Virus record (IMG/VR): IMGVR_UViG_3300025848_000124 | Location: 1 to 32,198 of that record | Strand: one strand, 5' to 3' | DNA length: 32,198 nt | Origin: a virus | Lineage: Duplodnaviria; Caudoviricetes | Part shown: positions 7,335 through 15,300 of the stretch, one piece after another | How positions within the stretch are numbered: position 1 is the first letter of the stretch | Layout of the letters: each line of letters starts with the position of its first letter | Position numbers and translations under genes: made by a program | Notes under the pieces: generated by a model | What the model was told of the DNA's origin: nothing | What the model saw: the letters and a program-made list of their open reading frames with translations, nothing else | Databases searched by the model: none

Positions 7335-7692
7335 GGCCACATTGCCATGGCCACCAACTGTAAACACCTACTGGCGGCACAGGGTCATTGGCAAGCTCGC
7401 CACCGTATACGTTTCGCAGGAGGGCCAGGCCTACCGCAAGGCAGTGAACTTATGTCTTATGGAACATGGGGTGAAGACTTACGAACTGGAAGGGGACCTG
7501 CGGGTCGAGATCGAAGTGTTTCCGCCGGACAAACGCAAGCGGGACATCGACAACCTGCTCAAGTCTCTGCTGGACAGTTTGACCCATGCTCAGGTGTGGA
7601 AGGACGACAACCAGATCTCAGATCTGAGGATCTTCAGAAACAAACAAATCGCCGGCCTGGTGAAAGTGAGGGTGTATGAAATTAACGGGTGA
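7312..7692 (+). CDS. rusA: RusA family Holliday junction resolvase
   Basis: LPWPPTVNTYWR, PPDKRKRDIDNLLKSLLDSL, DDNQI. Confidence 0.92.
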   Translation: METPLSFEATLPWPPTVNTYWRHRVIGKLATVYVSQEGQAYRKAVNLCLMEHGVKTYELEGDLRVEIEVFPPDKRKRDIDNLLKSLLDSLTHAQVWKDDNQISDLRIFRNKQIAGLVKVRVYEING

Positions 7693-7888
7693 TCGCAACC
7701 AGTGCCAGGCCTGCAAAAACTACTTCAACTCAACCTTCGCCTTTGATAAGCACCGCACAGGCGATTTTGGGGTGAGCCGCAGATGCAAAACACGCGATGA
7801 AATGGAGAGTATGGGGATGAGTATCAACCAATTAGGATTTTGGATTTCTAGCGCCTATGGCGGACCTTGGAAGGGCAGTCATGAATGA
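7676..7888 (+). CDS. Small zinc-binding protein (CxxC...FDxHR...C)
   Basis: CQAC..YFNSTFAFDKHRTG....RRC. Confidence 0.7.
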   Translation: MKLTGDRNQCQACKNYFNSTFAFDKHRTGDFGVSRRCKTRDEMESMGMSINQLGFWISSAYGGPWKGSHE

Positions 7889-8102
7889 CAATGTCAATCA
7901 CCCAAAGCATTACAACTCACATCCATCAGGTGTGGAGTGCATTGAGATTACTGAGCACTTCAATTTCAACATCGGTAACGCTGTCAAATATTGTTGGCGC
8001 GCCGGACTGAAGGGTGAGCAAGTCGAAGACTTACGCAAGGCTCGGTGGTACATCGACCGGGAAATTTCACGCATCTTGAATGAGAAAAGCCATGAATCGT
8101 GA
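7881..8102 (+). CDS. DUF3310 family protein (T7 gp1.7-like nucleotide kinase domain)
   Basis: DNVNHPKHY, ECIE, GNAVKYCWRAGLK, EDLRKARWY. Confidence 0.85.
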   Translation: MNDNVNHPKHYNSHPSGVECIEITEHFNFNIGNAVKYCWRAGLKGEQVEDLRKARWYIDREISRILNEKSHES

Positions 8103-8418
8103 TCCGCACAAAGCAGTTGACCACATCATCACGCATGCTCAGGAATTTGCCAATGCCAAAGCGAAGCGTGTCTTTCTTGAAGAGTTCAGGAAGAGCAAGA
8201 AGGCGTTGCTGATGAAGCAATCCATTGAAGGCGCCCTTGGCGCACAAGAGCGCGACGCTTATGCTCACGCTGAATACGTTGAACTGCTCAAAGGCCTCAG
8301 GCAGGCCATCGAAATCGAGGAGAAATTGAGATGGGATCTGATCGCAGCACAAGCCAGAGTGGACATCTGGAGAACGGAACAAGCCAACCTCAGACTGGAA
8401 GGCAAGGCCACGATCTGA
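8092..8418 (+). CDS. Conserved alpha-helical phage protein
   Basis: Trimmed to ATG 8092; heptad-rich; ends ID.WRT..AN motif. Confidence 0.75.
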   Translation: MNRDPHKAVDHIITHAQEFANAKAKRVFLEEFRKSKKALLMKQSIEGALGAQERDAYAHAEYVELLKGLRQAIEIEEKLRWDLIAAQARVDIWRTEQANLRLEGKATI

Positions 8419-8636
8419 TGAGCAACGATGGCCGCCACAAACAAATGCTTGCAGACCTGGCTGACTTTCTCGGCGCAGTGGCCTTCGAAGATGACAAGGG
8501 CTGGACTGAAGAAGTTTATGCCGAGGGCTGGAGCGCTGGCTTCAGATCAGGTCTGGCTTACGCCGCAAAGATTGCCCAATCACAAGGCAGGGGTTGGGGA
8601 ATAGAGCACGCTGAGCAAATCAGGAAGGCACTATGA
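8418..8636 (+). CDS. Hypothetical protein
   Basis: Trimmed to ATG 8418 (TGATG overlap). Confidence 0.65.
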   Translation: MSNDGRHKQMLADLADFLGAVAFEDDKGWTEEVYAEGWSAGFRSGLAYAAKIAQSQGRGWGIEHAEQIRKAL

Positions 8637-8959
8637 CTAAGGATGAGAAGAAGCACCTCGACAAGGTTGCGGGTATTGGCTGCGTGCTGTGTTACTTGAA
8701 GGGAACCCCAGGAACGCCGGCAGAAATTCATCACCCTAGAAAGGGTACCGGCATGGGCCAACGTGCATCTCACTACGACGCGATCCCGCTATGCCCTGAG
8801 CACCACAGAGGAAAAACAGGCATCCACGGCATGGGCATCAAAGGGTTTACGAAGCACTATGGCGTCGATGAAGCTGAATTACTGCACATCACCCGCCGTT
8901 TAGTTGCACATCACGACCACTTGTCGGATGGATGGCGTGTGTCTACACAAGTGGATTAA
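8633..8959 (+). CDS. Ref/DUF968-like HNH zinc nuclease (recombination-associated)
   Basis: GCVLC, AEIHH, G.GMG, IPLCPEHH, GIH, F...YG. Confidence 0.8.
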   Translation: MTKDEKKHLDKVAGIGCVLCYLKGTPGTPAEIHHPRKGTGMGQRASHYDAIPLCPEHHRGKTGIHGMGIKGFTKHYGVDEAELLHITRRLVAHHDHLSDGWRVSTQVD

Positions 8960-8972
8960 ATGAGAGTACGAT
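8944..8972 (+). promoter_or_regulatory. Putative promoter TACACA-N17-TACGAT sharing a 14 nt element with the 1620-1648 promoter
   Basis: ACAAGTGGATTAAA identical in both, same register relative to -35/-10. Confidence 0.65.
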
Positions 8973-9017
8973 TGAGTCTCAGTAGCAAACAACGCAAACC
9001 AACTAGGAGCAAACAAA

Positions 9018-9368
9018 ATGAACTCATCGCAAAACGGCGGCTTCAGCAATTTCGCAACTTGGGTCATCTTCCGCGACACTTTTTCCAACGTGATTCCGTA
9101 TCAAATCATGGGCTGTGACCGTAAGCCTTCGGTTGATGAGCTTTCACGGGCCATTCGTGCGATTGCAGTCAACCAAGTGTTTGAAACGTCCAGCGAAGGC
9201 TTTGCTCGTGAGTGCGCTCTTGGCTATCTCGAGGACGTTAACTTTTACGAAATTGCCAGCGTCATGTTTGAAAACTATTACTCGGACGATCAAGCATCAA
9301 AAGGTGCATGGATCAAAGGCGATGATGAGGAGTATGAGTACATCCCTTCAGCAGCAGAACTTAGCTAA
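9018..9368 (+). CDS. Hypothetical early phage protein (NG.SNFATW N-terminal motif, acidic tail)
   Basis: ORF track; TAGGAG SD. Confidence 0.8.
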   Translation: MNSSQNGGFSNFATWVIFRDTFSNVIPYQIMGCDRKPSVDELSRAIRAIAVNQVFETSSEGFARECALGYLEDVNFYEIASVMFENYYSDDQASKGAWIKGDDEEYEYIPSAAELS

Positions 9369-9410
9369 TCAAACCCAGGGGCTAAGGCCCCACTACCTGG
9401 AGCAAACATC

Positions 9411-9596
9411 ATGAGCAAAAAAGAATTTGATACCTGTATTGATCTTGAAGCAGTTGACCGTCTTACATTGAGCGAGCATGACAATGGCTTATGGCTGTCA
9501 GTATGGAAGTTGGGTGCTCACGCAGCAGTAGCCATTAACCGCGACAAAGTCATCGAACTGCGCGATGCCATCAACACCTTTCTCAGCTTGGAGTAA
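9411..9596 (+). CDS. Small hypothetical protein
   Basis: ORF track; GGAG SD. Confidence 0.75.
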   Translation: MSKKEFDTCIDLEAVDRLTLSEHDNGLWLSVWKLGAHAAVAINRDKVIELRDAINTFLSLE

Positions 9597-9600
9597 ACAA

Positions 9601-9699
9601 ATGGATTACGACTCATGGCTTGACCGGCAGCTTTACGAATACGACAAAGAGCGTGAGCGTGAAGAGGATTGCCAAGACGAGGAAGAGGACTTAGACTGA
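9601..9699 (+). CDS. Very acidic 32 aa peptide (MDYDSWLDRQLYEYDKEREREEDCQDEEEDLD)
   Basis: Manual translation; GGAG SD 7 nt upstream. Confidence 0.6.
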   Translation: MDYDSWLDRQLYEYDKEREREEDCQDEEEDLD

Positions 9700-9749
9700 A
9701 GGCTGTTTCCATGCTGTACTCCTCAAGTCCTCTGCTTCCCAACAGAGTT

Positions 9750-9777
9750 AACCCCCGCCCTGGGGGTTCTTTTTTTA
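9750..9777 (+). terminator. Rho-independent terminator
   Basis: AACCCCC-GCCCT-GGGGGTT stem-loop followed by C and a T run. Confidence 0.85.
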
Positions 9778-9826
9778 GTAAACCTGTAGTAAAATCAAGC
9801 AGTTAGACCTTGCCTTGCGCAAGCAA

Positions 9827-9855
9827 TTGCCACCAGCCCACCAAAACCCTATCAT
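9827..9855 (+). promoter_or_regulatory. Promoter TTGCCA-N17-TATCAT upstream of terS
   Basis: 5/6 and 5/6 consensus, 17 nt spacer, directly after terminator. Confidence 0.7.
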
Positions 9856-9884
9856 CAGCGGATCTTATGTCACTGGAAGATGTG

Positions 9885-10445
9885 ATGCCTAAACCCGCCA
9901 AACCCAAAGCCCAGGCCGCAAAACAAACCGCGCCCAAGAAAACAGGCCGCCCCAGCAAATACACCCCTGAAATCGCACAAGAGATTGTGGAGCGCTTAAG
10001 TAACGCTGAGCCATTAAGACAGATATGCCGAGATGAGGGTATGCCTGATTGGCGAACGATTTATGACTGGATGTATAGGGATGATAAGGAGGTTGCTTCG
10101 GGGCGCGGAGTCGGTCTTTCTGCAGCCATCGCACGCGCACGGGAGATCGGATACGACAAGATGGCCGAGGAGTGCCTCGAGCTAGCCGACACGCCCAAGT
10201 GGGGTACCAAGCAGGTCGAGACTGAAGGCGGCATCATAGTCACCAGGGAGGACATGCTCGGCCACCGCAAGCTGCAGATTGAGACAAGGCTCAAGCTTTT
10301 GGCCAAGTGGAACCCCAAGAAGTACGGTGAGCGCCTGACTCACGCTGGTGATGCTGACAATCCCGTAGCCGTGCAGGCTGACGTCAGCATCTTCGATGCG
10401 ATGCTCAAGAACCTCGAGGCTAAGAGACAGCTTGGGGACAAGTGA
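9885..10445 (+). CDS. terS: Terminase small subunit (Sf6/P22-like)
   Basis: GRPSKYTPEIAQEIVERL..EPLRQICRDEGMP..TIYDW, KLQIETRLKLLAKWNPKKYG; upstream of terL. Confidence 0.9.
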   Translation: MPKPAKPKAQAAKQTAPKKTGRPSKYTPEIAQEIVERLSNAEPLRQICRDEGMPDWRTIYDWMYRDDKEVASGRGVGLSAAIARAREIGYDKMAEECLELADTPKWGTKQVETEGGIIVTREDMLGHRKLQIETRLKLLAKWNPKKYGERLTHAGDADNPVAVQADVSIFDAMLKNLEAKRQLGDK

Positions 10446-11862
10446 CCTCGAGGCCCTGCTCAAAGATCCACAGATCCGCGAGCAGTACACCAGGCTAGAG
10501 CCACAGGCGGCTGCTGCTTGGGCCTGGCGCATGATGTGGCTCACACGAGCACTCAAGCACCAGATCTTGCCCCATGGTGATTGGTGGTCGATCTGGTTAC
10601 TGTTAGCAGGCCGCGGTGCCGGCAAGACCAGGACTGCAGCCGAGCAGATTGGCTGGTGGGCACAGTCCTACAAAGCCACCAGATGGCTCGTAGCGGCCCC
10701 AACAAGCAGTGACGTAAGGGGTACATGCTTCGAGGGTGATTCAGGCCTTCTGAGCGTGATTCCTGCGGTCCTGATCACTGATTACAACAAGGCCTTGCAT
10801 GAGATCAAGCTTATTAACGGAAGTCTGATCAAAGGCATTCCCGCCAGTGAACCTGAGCGCTTCCGCGGTCCGCAGTTCCACGGCGGTTGGCTCGATGAGT
10901 TAGCCGCGTGGGAGTACATCCAGGAAGCCTGGGACCAGATCCAGTTTGGTATGCGCTTGAAGCTGCCCGACATGAAGACCAGGCTGATCTGCACAACCAC
11001 ACCCAAGCCTAAGGACCTGATCATCGACCTGATCAGCCGCGAGGGTGATGATGTGGTGCTTACCACTGCAAGCACTTACTCAAACCTAGATAACCTGTCT
11101 GAGAACTTCAAGCGCCAGATCCTGCAGTACGAAGGTACCAAGCTTGGCCGCCAGGAGATATACGCTGAGATCATCGACCCTGAGGAAGGGGGTATTGTCC
11201 AACGGGATTGGTTCAAGCTTTGGCCTGCCGGCAAAGAACTGCCCAAGCTCGAGTATGTGGTCCAAAGCTATGACTGCGCCTTCACTGAGAAGACGGTCAA
11301 CGATCCTACCGCATCGATTACCTTCGGTGTCTTCAAGCCCCAGGACGGTGGCATGTGCGTCCTGATCATCGACGCCTGGCAGGACAGACTCCAATACCCC
11401 GATCTCAAGCCCAAGGTCATTGACGAGTTCGAGATCATCTTCGGTGAAGGCAAGACCGCCAAGAAGGTTGACCTCGTGCTCGTTGAGGACAAGGCCGCGG
11501 GCATCGTGCTGATCCAGGACCTGCAGCGTGCTCACATCCCGGTGAGGGCCTACAACCCAGGCAGGGCTGACAAGATCCAACGCCTGAGCATCGTGGCTAA
11601 CATCGTGAAGGCTGGAAGGGTGTATGTGCCTGAGTCCAGCAATCGATCGGGTTACGTAAGAGACTGGGCTGAGGCCATGGTCACGCAGATCTGCAGCTTC
11701 CCAAATACCGACCACGATGACTTCTGCGACGCGTTCTCGCAAGCACTCAGATACCTAAGAGATGCAAGCTGGCTCAACATCGACCCGCTACCGCCTGATG
11801 ATTACGACCCTGAAGACCTCATCGATGCTGGTGTCGTCAAAGAGAATCCGTATGCGTCGTAA
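10432..11862 (+). CDS. terL: Terminase large subunit (start uncertain, TTG 10432 proposed)
   Basis: Walker A GRGAGKT, Walker B WLDE, coupling TTTP, nuclease SYD, VEDKAAG, HDDFCDAFS. Confidence 0.95.
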   Translation: MGTSDLEALLKDPQIREQYTRLEPQAAAAWAWRMMWLTRALKHQILPHGDWWSIWLLLAGRGAGKTRTAAEQIGWWAQSYKATRWLVAAPTSSDVRGTCFEGDSGLLSVIPAVLITDYNKALHEIKLINGSLIKGIPASEPERFRGPQFHGGWLDELAAWEYIQEAWDQIQFGMRLKLPDMKTRLICTTTPKPKDLIIDLISREGDDVVLTTASTYSNLDNLSENFKRQILQYEGTKLGRQEIYAEIIDPEEGGIVQRDWFKLWPAGKELPKLEYVVQSYDCAFTEKTVNDPTASITFGVFKPQDGGMCVLIIDAWQDRLQYPDLKPKVIDEFEIIFGEGKTAKKVDLVLVEDKAAGIVLIQDLQRAHIPVRAYNPGRADKIQRLSIVANIVKAGRVYVPESSNRSGYVRDWAEAMVTQICSFPNTDHDDFCDAFSQALRYLRDASWLNIDPLPPDDYDPEDLIDAGVVKENPYAS

Positions 11863-11865
11863 TGA

Positions 11866-12246
11866 AGGCTTAAGGATAATTCCTCGAAACTGCCCCCCTA
11901 CCCCCACAGGGGTGGTGAGCAGGGATTCCTCGGGCGATAAACGCCACCTCCATGTCAGTTGCCTGACCCCTCGGCCTGGAGGTTCTGCCAGCCGCTGGAT
12001 TCTTACGGATTTGCACCGGGTCGAAACGCCTTACCAGTACCCTGTTCTTGTCAGCGGCTGGGTAGCCCATTGCTATCGCGGACAGTACGGTCGGCACCAA
12101 AGAAAAACCCCAGAACACTTAGGAGGGGCAAGGCCCTTTGGCGTTGGGCAATCACGCAGTCTGCTGAGTAAGACATTGTGACCACACAAGCCCCACCTAA
12201 ATACTCTGGGGTTGTACTCAGCACTGCCGGCTGCCACACCGACAGC
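11866..12246 (-). ncRNA. Putative ~380 nt structured non-coding RNA, antisense to the late operon
   Basis: No credible CDS; many long helices including a ~24 bp stem, a 10 bp stem and a GCAA tetraloop hairpin on the minus strand; dedicated promoter. Confidence 0.6.
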
Positions 12247-12249
12247 GCG

Positions 12250-12295
12250 ATGATAGTGAGTCCAGATAGACTTTGCAAGCCCTACTGGTTATCAT
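12250..12295. promoter_or_regulatory. Overlapping divergent promoters: minus TTGCAA-N17-TATCAT (12278-12250) and plus TAGACT-N17-TATCAT (12267-12295)
   Basis: Both have exact 17 nt spacers and the same TATCAT -10 as the terS promoter. Confidence 0.7.
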
Positions 12296-12314
12296 CCCGC
12301 GCAAACGGAGGCCG

Positions 12315-15300
12315 ATGATGCCCAATCCCAAGAAGCTGCTTGAAACCTTGTACGGCGTTCCAATGCAAGACGGTGGAAGCCCCCTCAATCGCTTCATGGG
12401 CAAAACGCCAAAGCGCGGTGTGTCCTCATTGCCGGGCTATGGCCAAGGCAACATTCTGCAAGACATCGAGTCAGTGTCCAAGCCTCTTGCTGGCGGTATT
12501 GATGCAGCGCTTACGGGCCTGCCAATTGTTGGCCGCACTTTGGTATCACCTGCCGTCACTGCTGGTACCTTCATCAAAGAAGCAATCAAGAGTGGCGACC
12601 CTTCAGACACAAGCCCATTGCAACGCGCCTTAGAAGCCTCTCAGGAGTTCATTACAGGCGATATGAGGCCCATGCAGACTGAGCTTGGCCCTGAGTACCT
12701 TGAGAGCGCCGCCGAGGGCTTAGAGCGCTTTATACGCGAGTCTAAGCTGCCACCTATCTTGCCCCAGATGTGGACTCCCGCAGCCATGCCTGGCGCAGTG
12801 GGAGCAATTAAAGGTGTGGCAAAAACAACAACAAAAGCAAATATTCCTGAAGTCTCAGCACCAAAGGCTGCGACAATCCCTGTCCAAGGAGTGACATATG
12901 AAACAGCCACAGAAGGACCGTTCTACCGCGTCCGTCCTAGCGTCTCTCAAGCGCCTGCAGGCCAGCGTCGAGGCACGCTCGAAAGCGATGGGACTCAAGC
13001 CGGACAGCGTCCCGCAGGAGGAACTGGAAGCGATGTTCCGCAACCAATTACGAATGAAGCAGTACAGCAAGTAATGGCTGACCCGGCGAACTTTGTTCGT
13101 CAGTCAGCAGACACTTATGTGCAAGAGGCCTTCGGCAGGCCTTACGAACTGCCAGAGATTTCTGAAAGCTCCATCTTCAAGCAAGCGCCCATTGGCCGCG
13201 CCTTCATGCTTGCGACCACTGAAGACCCGACATACAAACAAACCATCTTCAATGAATACGCCAGGCAAATGCCTGACGTCGTTAAAGAATCGGGCGCCAA
13301 GAACTACGATGAATTGCTGGCTGCGTCTTACAAGCAATTAGCCAAAGAGACTGACGAGCAGTTCAAGCGTCTGCCCATAAGCCTTTCGTATCACCGAGCA
13401 GGCGAGGGCAACTACCGCAACAGCAAGCAAATGCTGCAGGATGTATACGGCAACAAGCACCTGTACGTCTTCCAGGGCGGTGATGAGCACCCCTACTTAA
13501 AGACAGTTGATCCTGAAACCGGATTGAATGAAAACGAAAAGTTCCGTGCTGTGCATGACTTCTTTGGTCACGCGGTGCATGGCAACGAGTTTGGCCCCAA
13601 GGGCGAGGAGACTGCTTGGGCAGCCCACAGTCAGATGTACTCGCCCCTTGCACGCTTGGCCATGAGCACTGAGACACGAGGCCAAAACAGCACGGTCAAC
13701 TACACCCCACTGAATGCTGCACTCAAGCGCACCATCAACGAACTGAACATGCAACGCTACGAAGCCAATCGTCGCGGCAAAACTGAATTAGTCAAAGAGA
13801 TTGATTCGCAGTTGAAAGAAGCATGGAATGGCTTTCAGTTTGCCCCACAAAAGCCAGTGCTTTTGCCACCCGAGTTTTTAAGCACAAAGTACGAAGGCGA
13901 GATGCCTGATTACTTGCGAGGACTGATCAAGCCCGAGGAGGGCACCTTTGTCAACATGCCCATGATGCATTTCAGCAAGCAGGCAGGCTTGACTGAAACA
14001 GATCCGGCGTTCTATGGCACGGGCATCAAAGGTGAAGAGGCCGCACGACTGGCTGGCACTGGCTCGGTCAGACCCAGGACTTACTTTTACACCGATGAAA
14101 GCGTAACACCCGAGCCTGGCTTAGGACCACATCGTTATCGTGCCATGGGTGAAAATCTTTATGACCTGACGGCTGATCCTCTCATGCTCAACATGTTGGC
14201 CAGAGAGACGACGCGCATCCCGATGACGGCAAGCTCTAACAAAGGATTGGCGCAGCCCACTGAAGCAACCAATGCGCTTGAGCGATTAATCCGCGACTAT
14301 GGATATGCCGGTTACATCAATCCACAGTCAACCAAGCCGAGCGCCGTGATGTTTGGCAAAGTGCCAGTAACACCTTATAAGCAGGGTGGTCCCATGAGGC
14401 GAATTCATATATCTGACAACCTTGACACCATGGCGCTTGAGTTAGCCATGGGCGGTGCTGTGCGCATGGCTGGCGGCGGTAAGCTTGAGAAGATTGCCAA
14501 AGCATCTAAAGCAGCAGCCTTTACAGCGCGTGAGCTAAGAAGCGAAGCCAACAAGGTAGCCAAAGCCATCGCCAAAGAAGATCCCAAGATGGCGCCTGAA
14601 GATGTGCAAAAGCGTGCCGCTGCAATCGCCGAGAAAAACCTCACTTGGACGAAGCAGCAAAAACCAGCCATTGAAAAGAAATTTGGCAAATTGATTGATG
14701 CACCCGCCTCCGCATCAATAGGCGATCGCTTGCAAAATGTGCCCGAGGTTGTTGAACGACGCGCCCAAAAGGCCGAAGAATTCCTCGCTCAACCTACCGA
14801 GCCTTGGCAGCCGCCGCGTGCTGAGCTACAAGCATTTGATAGATCGCTCATCAAAGATGCCATGGAAGGCTTTCCTGGTATTGAACAAACGGCATTCCCG
14901 CGCTACTCGCCCCCAAGGGCCAACATTGGTTACATCGAAGAGATTTACCAGGACCCGCGTAATCGAGCACTCATTGAGGCGCAGATTAAGCGCGGGTTGC
15001 CCCTGGGTGGTGAAACTTTTTACGCTTCGCTTTATCCCATGAAGATGGCGGCACTTGAGCGCGGCATACCCGAGGAAAAGTTTAATCAGTTTATCTACAG
15101 CACTGCTCCGGCGTCGGCGCGTAACTCCATCCTAAATGAAATGGCAGTTGGCCAATTCCTACGCGACATGAATGCTCGAGGCCTGCCCCTTGATGAGGAA
15201 ACCGTCAAGCGCGAGATGGAAGCATTTAAGCAAAAATACGGCACTGGTCTGCCATTGATGCCCGTGCATCGTGAAGGCGTGAGAAATGTTCTTGAAGGAA

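Noticed and set aside
9700-9747. C/T-rich anti-SD-like stretch (TACTCCTC, AAGTCCTCT) as a trans-acting sRNA
   Set aside because: AAGTCCTCT pairs locally with AGAGGACTT (9684-9692); remaining complementarity is too short to support a target.
5425-12150. CCAACGCC shared between the initiator leader and the antisense RNA
   Set aside because: Only 8 nt and same sense in the two predicted RNAs, so no antisense pairing; compatible with chance.
11762-12403. Several ORFs across the terL-downstream gap (11762-12181, 11870-12118, 11959-12171, 12051-12278, 12218-12403)
   Set aside because: Non-ATG or SD-less starts, no recognisable motifs, mutually overlapping; dense base pairing explains the region better.
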